Shown: positions 48,650 to 61,586 of the stretch, piece by piece | Numbering within the stretch: the first letter of the stretch is position 1 | Layout: each line of letters begins with the position of its first letter | Origin: Sphaerodactylus townsendi | Taxonomy: Eukaryota | Reading direction: 5' to 3' | Length of the DNA: 64,000 nucleotides | NCBI RefSeq assembly: GCF_021028975.2 | Contig: NC_059426.1 | Coordinates: 150,102,001 to 150,166,000, forward strand | Made by a program: the position numbers and the translations under genes | Notes under the pieces: generated by a model | Database searches by the model: none | What the model was told of the DNA's origin: nothing | What the model saw: only the letters and a program-made list of their open reading frames with translations

Positions 48650-49974
48650 CCTATTTAATTTACTTCTTTTTCTCTCCATCCTTACTTCGGGACGATTCAA
48701 GATACTATTTTTATTGTTAGCACTGTTCCATCCAACGATCCCCATTCTGCACCCCTTATCCTAACTTTAAATAAGTTTTTTTTAAAAAAAGAATTCAGAT
48801 TTGAGCAAAAGTAAAAATGTGACTGCTAATAATTTCACATTGCAGCCTCTATACAGCTGAAAGTGTCATACCAATAACTGTTGAAAGCATTTCTGAGATC
48901 CAAAAAAAGAGCCTAAGGATACATAGAGAGGTATTTTCCCCAAACAATGGAATTCTATCTCTTGAAAACTTACCAGATATCACACCAGTCACATATTTCA
49001 GTCTGATAGACTGAAGATACCCCATGTATATATCTCCATGAACTATCCCCATGGGATATGGTTAAAAGCTCATTTTTGTGCCTGCAGCCATCAGTTCTGG
49101 GATTTCAATCACTTTACAAAATTGAGGAATAAGCTCATCCTCAGGAAGACATTTAGCATTGCATGTTCCAAACTTATCACTGGTTTCTTTTTTTAAAATA
49201 TGAGAAAGGCTTGCTTTCACCCACAAAGAACATTTTTCCCAGTGTGAAAGTAATATCAGAGAGTAAAAGAAACATTTTCTTTTTAAAAAGTATAGATTCT
49301 CCCTCTAGAATGCTGAGTGAAATTATAAATCATTCCAGAAAAGAAAGAATGGAATAAATTGAAATGTAATTAAATGTCAAAATTAATGACAGGTCTAAGT
49401 TCTTTCTTGCCCATGGGCATTACGGCACACATTTGCAAAACTAGCTCACATTTTGATTAAAATAAAACTGGATTTGCAGTCTACTCTAGTGTTCTGGTGG
49501 TGTGGAAATCCAGGTGACAGGTCCTATGTCTGGCTAGCAGGAGGCAAACTGAAAGGGAGTTTGCTTATTTTTGTCATATAAGTGTCCTGAAAAGTTAATC
49601 CATAGTAATTTTTAACTGATAAGAACAAACAATAGTGGGTATCACAGCATTACATTCATACCTCACTTCTAGAAGTATCTGATTGACTGTTGTTGGAACC
49701 AAATGTTGGGCTAGAAAGGACTTGAGCTGATCTAACAAACTTCTGACGATTATTTATTTCACGCATGAAAATCAGGATCCCACTGTCTATGGAACATCTT
49801 AAGGAGATGCCCTGATTGCTCTTATGTAGAATCCTGCACTACTAATGGGGAAGTGATGAAGCTGCTGAGGTCATTAGAGTGAATATACATTTGTTTACTT
49901 ACATGGATGATGTGCTTATGAAAGCAGGCAAAATGGTAATCAAGCTAAGGTAGCCACCACCATGTTTCCAACAG

Positions 49975-50145
49975 ATTGTCATCTCATCTCTCCTCCCAGT
50001 TGAAGAAGGTGGCCCAGAGAGCAAGAGAAGAATAGTGAAGGTGAATAATTGGCCTTGCAGATGGTGCTACTGAGAACATTGGCTTCTTGGACCATGGTCT
50101 GCGATTTCATGAAGATGGATTTCTGGCAAAAGATGGGTTGCATTG
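49975..50145 (+). mobile_element. CR1 ORF1 esterase (SGNH-like) remnant
   Basis: Translates as VISSLLPVEEGGPESKRRIVKVNNW..RWC..GFLDHGLRFHEDGFLAKDGLH. Confidence 0.75.
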
Positions 50146-50199
50146 CTAGAATCCTTACAAACTTGATCCTCCCCCTTTAATTTTTACCAGATACTTTCC

Positions 50200-50818
50200 A
50201 TCTGAGACAACCAAAATAGTAAAAGATCTGGAATCCGTGCTCCATGAGGAGAGATTTAGGGAGCAGAGTATGTTCTGGAGAAGAGAAGGTTAAGCGGTGA
50301 CATAATAACCATCTTTAAATATCTGAAGGACCATCATATTAAAGAAGGAGCAAGCTTGCTTTCTGCTGATCCAGAGACTGGGGCGGATTCTGCATGGGCC
50401 AAAAACACGGTGTGAAAATGGTGTGAAAACGGTGTCATCCCTTTACACCATTTTAAACCATTTTACACCATTTTCACACCATTTTCACACCACTGGTTTT
50501 GGCCCATGTGGAATCCGCCTAGGACACAGTGGGAAGGCTATGGGAAAGAGATATTTTGAAATGATAAAATTATATCAAAAGGCCTTATAGGAAAAGATAT
50601 TGCTTTACAGCAGCGGAGAATTGGCACACTACCAATTCAAGAACTGTTTGTGGTAGAATATCGGCTATAAGAGATTGAAGGTCAGAAGACGCCTTTTCTG
50701 GAGGTTTTTAAACAGAGACTGTCAGCCATCTGTTGGGAGTGCTTTGATTGTGTATTGCTACATGGCAGGGGATTGGATTGGATGGCCTTTATGGTCTCTT
50801 CCAACTCTATGATTCTGA
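50200..50818 (+). mobile_element. CR1 ORF2 3' fragments and terminus, interrupted by a MITE
   Basis: EKRRLSGDIITIFKYLK motif; terminal ctcttccaactctatgattct. Confidence 0.78.
50382..50519. mobile_element. Palindromic Harbinger-like MITE (family of 29819-29940)
   Basis: ggcggattctgcatgggccaaaa / ttttggcccatgtggaatccgcc; 3-bp TSD tgg/tag; removing it restores the CR1 sequence. Confidence 0.87.
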
Positions 50819-51481
50819 CACAAATATTTATCCACCTGCACACAATCAAAGGACCAACCGTTGATTCTTTGTAGGAGGGACAGTTCAGCAAGAATCTGAG
50901 GAAAAACCAGGCTGACATCACAAGAGCTGCATAGACACAAGCATGGAGCTTGTACTGGAATTTGTGGCTTTTTTTCTTTGAGCAGCTGAGTTTCCTGCCA
51001 TATCACAAAATGTTTTTAAATTCACTTCACTTTTGCAAGGTTTTTTTTTAGCATTTTAAGGGAAAAAAGAGAACCTATACTTGAAAGAATGGTAGTTACA
51101 ATTAGAATTGAAAATACATGAATATGCCTCTTTTCCTAGGCTTAAAGGCACCTGTTATTTCCCATTTCAATGTACCACCTGTGTCTAGCCATTATCTCTT
51201 CCCCTCAACTACTGGAATAATGGCAGAACCACCAATAATTATAATGCAGAATATATGAACTGCAGCATGTTATTAATTCATATTTGCCGCAGAATCCCTG
51301 CCTATTGAATTTACATCCCTACTCTGAGGCCACTTAATGAAAAGTGGCTTCCCCAATCCTGAATGACAATTGAATTTGTCAGTTGTCAAATGTCGGGGCG
51401 GGGGGGGGGGGGGGGGACACCATCTTTCAATCTGGAGTTATCACAATATAAATATTATAAAGCATGTACACTCGCATTTTA

Positions 51482-51714
51482 AGGCAGTGGTTGAGAGCAG
51501 TGGACTCTAATCTGGAGAACCAGGTTTGTTTCCCTGTTCCTACACATGCAGCCTGCTGAGCAACCTTGGGCCAGTCACAGTTCTCTCTCAGAACTTTCAC
51601 AGCCCCACCTACCTCACAAGGTGTCTGTAGTGAGGAGGGGATGGGAAGAAGTTGTAAGCCACTTTGAGACTCCTTGTGATAGAGAAAAGTAAGGTATAAA
51701 TTCAACTCTTCTTC
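51482..51714 (+). mobile_element. Squam3-like SINE
   Basis: Family motifs and (CTT)n tail. Confidence 0.82.
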
Positions 51715-54700
51715 AATTTTGTTTTCCCAAATGTTTGTTTATTCAGTGTTCGATAATTTTCTCAGTTATAAAGACATATATTATTGTAACAATGGCTTCT
51801 CAGGGATCATTTCAGAAGATATATGTTTTGAAAGCCACATGATGGATAAATAGTTAGTTGGATGTAATTAGGTTGCTGAAAATGTATGTCTGAACTTTGT
51901 CAATTATTAATATAACCCCAATCACAGATATTAGCCTTGTCTCTCTGTATAGAATTGTTGCTATAGAATCAACTTTCTTTTAAATTCCATAAAGACAAAG
52001 AACAGAAAGGATTCTTCCCTGTGATATCTTGGATGTATCCCTCTTTTCTTTGTGTTGAGATTTTTTTTCTTATAAGGCAGAAGGTATACCTGACATATGC
52101 TGTAAGTGAATGATGTTTAAAAAGGGCCTTCAACTTACAATCCAGCACTTGAAATTATGACAGGTATTCCTTTCCATTTTAAAGTGTATTTCCTTTCTAT
52201 GGAGCATACAATATGGTTGAAAACAAAGTCAGTCCTAGAAGGAGATTACACAATTTTCCCCAAAGGTATAATAAAAGTGAACAAATGCCTTCCTAGACAA
52301 GAATCCAGGATGTAAGGAGTAATTCCATAACCAGGTGGATTTTTTTATTGTTCAGACAATGGTTGCATGAATCCCTACAGAGGATGTGAGACTCATTTTC
52401 AGATGTCCCCACGGACATGGGCCTTCTTCATGGCAAGCAAAGGAAGTGGCCAAGAACATGATTCTCTAGATTAACATGAGCCAAAATACTATCCTAAGGG
52501 AAGGAATTAGCCAAAGAATGGGGTTGTTAAAGTGCTTAATTAGACAAAACTTTAGTGTTTTAAGAAATCTGGAGAAAGAAATAGCATAGTATACAGAATA
52601 ATGGTAACTGAAATAATTCAGTGCTGTAGATCACCTGGGAGATTTCTGTGGTAGAAGAAGGTGCACTTAGACTGTGCAACTTTCTTATATCTCTCCACCT
52701 ATGCCACCCTTACATGCCACCCCAAATCTAATTCTTGAAAAAATAAGGGACCCCCAGGAACAAAGATTTGGAAGGCATTTAAGGCTGCCAAGAGAAGGGA
52801 GAAGGGAGAAACCTCTCTGTGTGCATGAAATCTTCTGTCCAGAGAAATACCCTGGGGGATCTAAAGCAGTATCTCCTAGAGAAAACAGGATTTCTTCAGA
52901 CTTCTGGTATTTGCAATGGGACCTTTCCATTTATCAATAGGGGTCATTGTAACTACCATTCTAACTACCATTGCAACAAATTAGTCTATTGATGTCAACT
53001 GCAACTTTTTTTGCCATGCATGCCACCTATATCAGAGTTCCAATCATAAGACCAAAAATATGAGGAAACCCTTTTTGTGTATAAGACCCATAAAATCAGG
53101 AAACTAGGCTAAAAACAAGGGACGCAGTTAGGATTTGATGACAAAGTTTTTCATTTTATTTTCAAAAATACATTTATTTTCATTTCATTCATTATTGCAT
53201 TAATTCATTTTTTCTTTGAATCTGTTCCTATACTCCATTGGCTTCCATGTGAAACATATTTCAATGGGAAGCACATATGCTTGAATTGTAGCTTTAAAAA
53301 ATTTTTTAGCTTGTTTTCCATACAAGTTGAATAGAATTTTAAGATATTGACTGTCTCATGAGGGGACCTTCCTTGCCAATTTTTAGACAGATAAGAGAAT
53401 CCTGGTTTTATAGGCAGTTAAAGTCAAAACACATTGGCTTGGATCCTAGACAGAATGTGTGTAAGAATACTCATGACAAAGTCCTTCCCTGCCATCTCCC
53501 TTTTACTCAGCAATCCCCTGAGACCTTTGAAACCCAAAAGCTGGACATTTGCATGCACAAAAATCCATGTGGCCTAGGAAACTGCTAAATTTAGAATTGT
53601 CCTCTCCTTTTCTCTTCCAGCAGTCCTGTTCACAACCTTTTTGCAACAGTTCACAGGAATAATCTACTTGCAGTCATCAGATGACTCCCAGTTTCTGGTA
53701 TCCTGCAAGGAAATTTTTTGCCTGTACCCATCCGAGCTTGTTTAGAGTAGGGAATCAGAAACCATCTGACAGGTGACTGCAGGAATCAACTGGAAGTCAA
53801 CTTCTTTTGATCTCCCACAGTAAACAAAATCACCTAGCAGGCTTCATGTGTAGGAGTAGGGAAACAAACCTGCTTCACCAGTTTAGAGTCTGCTACTTAT
53901 GTGGAGAAATGGGGAATCCAACCACATTAGAGTCCACCTCTCTTAACCGTTACACACACTGGCTCCACATTACCAGTTTGGGATCCAAATCTGTGTGGGT
54001 TTTTGGGTTCCAGAAAGCCGTCATTTTTAATGGAGAATCCATTTGAGGGCTTGAAGTAACTGTTTACAAAGTTAAGGACACCAAATTTGTGCATAATATA
54101 TCTAAAGAACTCCTAAATTTCAAGCAGAACAAAGGAGTTTTTTTAATGTAGTAGTAAAGCCTTTATTGGCATATAAAACAAAGGAGTTTGATTTTAGAAA
54201 CACCTGAAAGAAGTGCTTTTGAAACAGGTGCACTAAGTTCACTCTATTGATTACTACTGGGTGCGGGGGGGGGGGGGATTGTAGTCAAATAGCAGCCTAG
54301 CTAGGAAGTGCTGGACAGTCACGTTCATTTTAATTTTTTAGTCATACAGCAACTGACAATCAAAAAAATCACCTTTTCTCTGAAAACTCTGCATTTGCCA
54401 CCCTTCCTTGTTGTGGTATGGTGTTTGCTTCCTTTCACAAAGTGAGGAAGGATTCATTTGCCTAAAACCCCCATTCCCATCCACAGAGTTTATGGCCAAA
54501 CACTATCTGGGGGCTTTTCCCAGGAGGAGCTTATGATGGCCAAAGCCCATCCATACTCAGTCACATAACTGTACAACCCTGGGTTTGTCCAATAACTCAC
54601 ACCAGTAAATATAAAAATAAAGCTTTATTGAAAGAAATTCAGAAAGTTACTTAAAGAAAATAGAATTACACCTGGTATAGACATGATACTAAAAAACAAA

Positions 54701-54838
54701 AAAGCCGTCTCTCTACATATTCAGATCGTTCTGTTCAGCACAAATGTTCCTGAAGCATAAAGTTGTGAGGCATGTGCAACCATAAAAAACTATTTTGATT
54801 TTTTTTTGCGAGGGAGGGGCAGGGGCTGTAATGCCTAT

Positions 54839-55187
54839 GGCCCTTTCCGGTGTGCAGAAAGGGTGCCTCTCCATCGGCAGAAATTATGTCAGTGGGGGGG
54901 GGGGGCCGTTTGCAGGAGAGCGTGCGAGCGGCCCCGCAGAAGCCAGCACAGAAGAGGTGGAAAGCACCGTCTTCCGAGCGGTGTGGTTTGCACCGCGCCG
55001 ATGGGAAGACGGTGTTTTAGAATAACCTTGCTCAACAAGTGAGGTTATTAGGAGCAGCTTGACGCCGCTCCTGGGTGGCCAGGACTGCGCTGCTGCGATC
55101 CAGCAGTGCCTCCTGTGCGAAAAGCTGCCCAGGGATGGCATTTTTGCCGTCCCTGGGCTGCTGTAAATGGCCTGTGCGGAAAGGGCC
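54839..55187. mobile_element. Harbinger-like MITE
   Basis: TIRs ggccctttccg / cggaaagggcc; flanks tat/taa. Confidence 0.75.
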
Positions 55188-57009
55188 TAAGAATCCTGGA
55201 CTTCTGTATCTGTTCCAGAAAACCCCAATGACTTCAAACAGCAACTTGCATCTATTTTGGAGCTCAGACACTTCAGATGCACCTTCTAAGTTAGGACAGT
55301 GATTTGTTGATGCCCTTATTGTGACCCTTCTGGGTGAGCATAGCTGCATCTGCAGGGAGAGAGTTTATGCTTTTCTTCTTTCTTTCTTTCTTGGTTTTTT
55401 TTTGGTGGGGGAATGAACATAGGGATGATTTCTGCCTCTAGTTTTGCTCACAATGTCTGCAAGAGACTCTGAAACAATCAAGTCTCTTCTCAGACATCAC
55501 GCTGACCAGATTATCAGGAACAGAGGCACTAGTGCTCTTCGGAGACTGCTGTGAGGCGGCCCTGCATGTTGTGTAGAGCAGGTGTTTGTCTTCAATATCT
55601 CGCATGCTGTTTCCATCCCCAAATAAGAACAATTTTATTTTTGCCTCTCTTTGTGAGCTGTGTTTTTCAAAAGACATATTTTTGTGCTCTTTTTGTGCCA
55701 ATTTATTCTTAAACACATCAGTACGAGTGGCAAAGCGAGCCTGTACTCATGGCAAAACGGAAAGAGGGTAGTCTGGCCTCAGCATATGTGTTCCTTCTTA
55801 GCATCAGACCATTGTGCAAAAAAAAATTGTCACTGCTATATTAGTAACACTGAAGAAAAAGTTGATGCAGCTAAAGAATGCTAAGCCATATCAGCAATCG
55901 AGTAGAAGTATCACCTTATTTTAAATGTGTTTCATTTCCACCTTTTCCAAGATTACAGACAAACCACATTATTGTCTTTCAGCATCATATACTCCTTTCA
56001 ATATTATTTAAAAGGAGTAGGAACTGGATTGGAACCAACCAGTCAGCTTTCTAGGGACCTGCATACCCTGCCCCTGTGCTGTAGGTAATTACTAGCTGGG
56101 GATCAGCTTAAAGGCTGGCTCTTGACAGATGTATGAGCCAAACAGCAAAAGGCTCTTGGCCCTTCCTCTTGGTCTGTGGCTCATGCTTGCTACCTTTCAA
56201 GGACCGTGACAGAAGACTTCTGAATTACATCATTTTGCAACTGGACTTGGGGGCCAGAGACTGGCAACAGACAGACTACTACATTGCTTTGTGACCTTGC
56301 AGTGGCAACTGGGGACCTTGGTAATCTTGCTGACTTCCTATCAGGCTTCAAAATATTGCTGCTGAATGCCATGGGCCTTTCCACACAAATCTACAATGTT
56401 TATAAAGAAGGAAGTTCAGGCAGAGAAGCACAAGCAACACAGTCAACACATCACACAGCAACTAAAGACTTTCGAAATGTTTCAACTAGAGAATCGTTTT
56501 ACAAGGGGGTTAATTTAAAACACTTTGAGGCTGAAATAAAAGTTTTTTTGTGTAAAAATGATGTGAAACTTCATGGGAGACACATTTTGTTTCTTGCCTC
56601 GAAATGTTTTAAATGAATTGTGCGGAAAAACTCCATGTCAGTTTAAAATAATAGAAATATTCCTTATCCAGGATTTGATACTGGATACAGAGGCCACAGA
56701 GACCCAGGTGAGAGTGGGAGAAAAGACTCTGCCAACTCTGCCTCTCTTAGGTTCTGTAATTCTTTTCTCATGGGACAGAGGTGCCAAAGGAACCCTAGTT
56801 TCCTACAAAGTGTGTGAAACCATAAAGTAAAGATCAAGGAAAGAATGCACAGATGGCAGTGGTTACATATAGCAAGTTGTTCACATATATCTTGGAGAAG
56901 CATTGGTTTGTTATTTCAATTCATTACATAGAGTTAGGAATGCACCTCAGTCACCCAGATAACATCCCCCTGACACCTCCCCAACATGACACTACTGTGC
57001 ATCTCCTTA

Positions 57010-58170
57010 AGTATCTGAAAATGTGGTCCCTTCAGTAGCAAAATTCCAATGTGCCCCCACACCCATCCTCTAGGACAGGGGTAGGGAACCTTTAACACTC
57101 AAAGAGCCATTTGGACCCGTTTTCCACGGGGAAAAAAAACACTTGGAGCCGCAAATAATTTTTGACATTTAAAATAAAGATAACACTATATATATAGGGG
57201 TTTTTTTAACCTTTTACTCTGCTCATTCTGAGAAGCGCATGGATGCGCCCGCCCTGCTGCCTGCAGGGCGGGCAAGGATGAAGCCGGCGGCTTGGCCTCG
57301 TGGCCGCTGGGAAAGCACCCGCCCCGCTCCAACAAGGCGGGCAAGAGGGGAAGCCACTGGCGTGGACCCAACCGACCATGGAGGCAGTTAAGTCGCGTCC
57401 ACCGCCTTGCTGCCTGCAGAGGCCGAGCAAGGATGGGGGCGATTAATTTCCGGCTTCAAAGTACAGACCACAGTGCAAGGGCAGAAAAGCTGCAGGTTCC
57501 CTACCCCTGCTCTAGGACCACTAATACTGCATGAGGCACATTTACAATCAAATGCACTCCAAGGGTAAACTTCTCTGTATCTTTGATAAGAAGGTTAGTT
57601 GCAGCAACCTCCCTAAGACATGGTGGCCAGCCTTTAGCTACAATGTCAAGACAAGTAAGCAACTGGCCATTTTGTGAGCCAAACATCTGACATAAGACCC
57701 CATTTGTTATCCCTTTTGTCTTGTTCTGAAATAACTAAACAGGTTTTGTTATATCAGGGAGTCCTCAAGCAAAGGCTTGTAACAGATCTCATTTGATTTC
57801 TCTGAGCATTGTCACATTTCTTATTTCACTCTAAGGGGTCTTTACCAGCTCCCTTCAAAATGTTGTACAGATGCTATAATTCCAAAATTGAGAATCCAGG
57901 TTATATAGTACCATGCCAATCCCAAAAATCCCCTTAATTGATGATGATTGATTGGGATACCTCTTCTACAAATCAACTGTTTCCTGTCTAAGGTCAATTT
58001 TCCCTGGGTTGCAATGTAATACTGAACCACCTTTTGACAGGTCTGCGCCTTTTCTTTTGAAACTTGGAATGGTTCTTGCCCTAAAAAGTTCACTGAACGT
58101 ATAGTAACTTGGACATAGTCCTCTTCAGTGGGGGGAGGAATCAATAAGTCATCTGCATACTGGCCACAGT
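57010..58170 (-). mobile_element. Endogenous retrovirus pol remnant (class I, gamma/epsilon-like RT and tether), interrupted by a hAT MITE
   Basis: QYADDLLI..VSKEKAQTCQ..V.Y..QLRGFLGLA.Y...WI.NF; downstream LPDITKP and LDIVAKGWPPCLREVAA..LLIKDTEKFTLG..L.V.VPHAV are typical of class I ERV pol. Frameshifted. Confidence 0.88.
57076..57509. mobile_element. Non-autonomous hAT element
   Basis: TIRs caggggtagggaacct / aggttccctacccctg; perfect TSD ctctagga (57068-57075, 57510-57517). Confidence 0.93.
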
Positions 58171-58215
58171 CCATTTCCCCAGCAAGGAGCCAAACCAGAA
58201 AGCCAGGTCCTAGTG

Positions 58216-58894
58216 GAGTCCCCCAAAACTGTTACCTTTTAATCTTAGGGTTCAAGGATGGTACCTGGTATCAGTAAACCCAAAAACTAAAATCAAGAGT
58301 GGAAAGTAAAGTCATTTATTTTGAAGCTGCAAAAGGCACTCTGTTAGCATGAAGCTCAAAGAAACAGGCACACTGTGATGCGGGTTACAATTCCTTTTAT
58401 ACAATTCAAGTAGCACATGACATAGCAACAGCTTCCTCATTGGTTCTTTTTATATATATCTTCCTCCCCCTACATGAATATTTAAGTTCGCTTTAAACTG
58501 CTTTCTGACACACACACAGACAATCTGCACTGGAACTCTTAGCATGACCTGTAACAAGCTCTACATGTTTCATATTCTTCCTATCATTTTGATACCCAAA
58601 GCCCCAGTTTTGTGTGCATGTTTCCTGAAGCTGGGATAGAATATGGATTCTGCTGGTTTACTGCCAAGTGTGCCCACCCTGCTGTCCAGCTTTCTACCTG
58701 GCTAAGCTGATTGAGTCAGATTTGGCATAGAGAACCCCAAGGACTGATGGGAACTTCAATATTTATTGAGACTACCGTGACTGATAGTCACCATGAATAT
58801 CATGGAGCTGTCCCAGATCATTCTAGTCTCCACATCTATAGCTGGAGTTATTCTTTACCGAGTTTTTCGTGAAACAAAATCAGTTCCATCTACA
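58216..58894 (-). mobile_element. Putative ERV 5' LTR plus primer-binding site
   Basis: On the minus strand: TATAAAA (58395-58401), AATAAA (58315-58320), LTR end ..ggtaaca at 58230, then TGGGGGACTC (tRNA-Pro-like PBS start). The LTR 5' boundary (tgtag at 58894) is tentative. Confidence 0.6.
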
Positions 58895-59049
58895 TCAGGT
58901 GAGGCTGCCTGAGTGCTGGACTCCTGCCTGATGGCTGTCATGCACTTGATGAAAGTCAAGTCCCCTTCGGGGATGAGGCGGCATATAAATCCAACTAATA
59001 AAATAAATAAATAAATAAAATTGAATTAAGATAGGATGGAAGTGCTCTG

Positions 59050-59340
59050 TGTGCCAAGCTCCCAAGTCTGGAGAATCGAGGGGCACCAGAGGTGGTTCTA
59101 CCCAAGATCTTTGGGCCATCCTGGATGGGGCACTGTCTCTAAAAATCCAGGTGGCAGTGACAACCAGGAGGGCCCATCAACATCTCTGACTGGTGCACCA
59201 GCTCCTCTTTTTTCCAGGACTGGAATGACCTGGCCACAGTTATCCATACTCTGGTGGTATCTACCAGATTGGATTGTTGAAACACATTATACACGGGGCT
59301 GCTTTTGAGAATGGTCTGGAAGCTCAAGCTGGTGCAGCTC
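59050..59340 (+). mobile_element. L2 ORF2 fragment
   Basis: DLATVIHTLV..RLDC.N.LY.GL..KLKLVQ-like remnant. Confidence 0.65.
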
Positions 59341-59519
59341 TGAGATAATACAATAGGGCCATTCCCACAACACATGAAACAAAGACTGGTGCTCATGAAG
59401 TGTGTATTAGTGAAAGCGATGTACTTTGAAAAAGGTCTACCTTAAATGACGAACAGAGCCATTCTAAACAGAGAACACCGTGTTCTATTTTTATGAACAT
59501 GGATTTGCCACCATTTATT

Positions 59520-59712
59520 GTGTGTGTGTGTGAGAGAGAGAGAGAGGGGGGGGGCTATCAAGTCACAGTCAACTTCTGGCACCCCCAGACGGTTTTCAAG
59601 GCAAGCGATTAAACAGAAGTTGTTTGCTTTTGCCTTCCATAGTCTTCCTTGGTGATCTCCCATCCAAGTACTGACTCTGCTTCTGAGCTCTGATGAGACT
59701 GGACTAAACTAT
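59520..59712 (-). mobile_element. 5S-derived SINE with RTE-like tail and microsatellite end
   Basis: tctcccatccaagtact...gcttctgagctctgatgag is the reverse complement of a 5S head; tail as at 4161-4340. Confidence 0.72.
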
Positions 59713-60660
59713 ACCTTTCCACACTCCAGGTCACCATTTATTCAGATCTGAAAACATATGAAGCAGAATCATTTGAATAGGATTTAATCCAGCCTAGACT
59801 GCATAACAATATTTTTTTCCCAGTTTTGTGCTGTTGATATATTTGGATTTTACAGCACACAGGAGAAGGATAATAAAATCATCATGTGTTTACATCATCA
59901 TGACAAGGTTCATTTCCAAATGCATCTTAGAATTTCCAGCATTGATTTTTATCCATTTTAGCATCTCTCTATGGCACACTGCACATTGTTTGTGTGCATT
60001 AATCATATCTTTATTGTTTTGGCTTAATTTGTTTTAATTCCTCAAAATGATCTCATTCCTGACCTTTTTGTGTGGGTGTTGCATTGGGGATTAAATAGCT
60101 GTGACTGAATTTGACAGATCTTTCTCAGACAATTATGTATTTCAGCATCGCCTTTGAGGACTGGGATGGGATCCTTTTCTCAGCATCTGATCTTGAGGCA
60201 GTGCCTGAGAATAAACTCTGCAGGGGAAAGGTCATTCAAGATGATCACCTGTTTGTTGCAGGCATCAGTGGCTTGGCTTTAGAGATCTGAGCCTCAATAT
60301 ATTTGCAAAATGTTTACACTACTATTCCTCCAAAGAGCTCAAGGTGACCTACATGGTTCCTTTCCTTTCATTTTATTCTTACAATAACTCTGTGAAGCAG
60401 GTTAGGCTGAAAGAAAGTGACTGTTCGAAGGTAAGCCTCATTGCAGCTTTATACTTCAGTCTCCCAAAACCTAGCCCAGTTCTCAAGAAACTGCATGACA
60501 CTACATCTGCTCTTACAAATAGTGGACGTCCTCATTGACCCAAGCCATTCACTCCGTTCCATCACATACCACCAGCTCTGTCAATCAGAGGAATGGGCAA
60601 ACATCCCAGTTTGGAGGAAGAGAAGTTGTAGCTGCCACTACACACAGGTTTAATGCTAAT

Positions 60661-60857
60661 AGGATGTTGTATGTTTTTTTTGGTTGCATGACTGTGTTCT
60701 AGTGGTATTTTCTCCTGACATTTCACCTGCATCTGTGACTGGCATCTTTAGAGGACCATACACTACTGGAGAAAATACTTTTGGAACACAGCTATTTAAC
60801 CCAAAAAACACACCGCATCTTAGTGATTCCAGCCATGAAAGCCAACGACAATACATT
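60661..60857 (+). mobile_element. Penelope-like element, inverted pseudo-LTR remnant
   Basis: Same family as 62069-62335, with the central part deleted. Confidence 0.75.
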
Positions 60858-60865
60858 AATGCTAA

Positions 60866-61586
60866 TAAGAACATAAGAACAAGCCAGCTGAATCAGACCA
60901 AAGTCCATCTAGTCCAGCTCTCTGCTACTCACAGTGGCCCATCAGGTGCCTTGGGGAGCTCACATGCAGGATGTGAACGCAATGGCCTTCTGCGGCTGTT
61001 GCTCCCGATCACCTGGTCTGTTAAGGCATTTGCAATCTCAGATCAAGGAGGATCAAGATTGGTAGCCATAAATCAACTTCTCCTCCATAAATCTGTCCAA
61101 GCCCCTTTTAAAGCTATCCAGGTTAGTGGCCATCACCACCTCCTGTGGCAGCATATTCCAAACACCAATCACACGTTGCGTGAAGAAGTGTTTCCTTTCA
61201 TTAGTTCTAATTCTTCCCCTCAGCATTTTCAATGAATGCCCCCTGGTTCTAGTATTGTGAGAAAGAGAGAAAAATTTCTCTCTGTCAACATTTTCTACCC
61301 CATGCATAATTTTGTAGACTTTAATCATATCCCCCCTCAGCCGCCTCCTCTCCAAACTAAAGAGTCCCAAACGCTGCAGCCTCTCCTCATAGGGAAGGTG
61401 CTCCAGTCCCTCAATCATCCTTGTTGCCCTTCTCTGCACTTTTTCTATCTCCTCAATATCCTTTTTGAGATGCGGCGACCAGAACTGGACACAGTACTCC
61501 AAGTGCGGTCGCACCACTGCTTTATATAAGGGCATGACAATCTTTGCAGTTTTATTATATATTCCTTTTCTAATGATCCCCAGCAT
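60866..61586 (-). mobile_element. Young 5'-truncated CR1 LINE (ORF2 C-terminus intact to the stop codon)
   Basis: MLGIIRKGI..LYKAVVRPHLEYCVQFWSPHLKKDIEEIEKVQRRATRMI..RTRGHSLK..FFTQRVIGVWN.LP; (TTCTTATG)n tail. Confidence 0.96.

Noticed and set aside
48780-49400. Possible L1/Tx1 remnant (also 7930-8170 and 63260-63600)
   Set aside because: Composition is suggestive, but no motif is clear enough to call.
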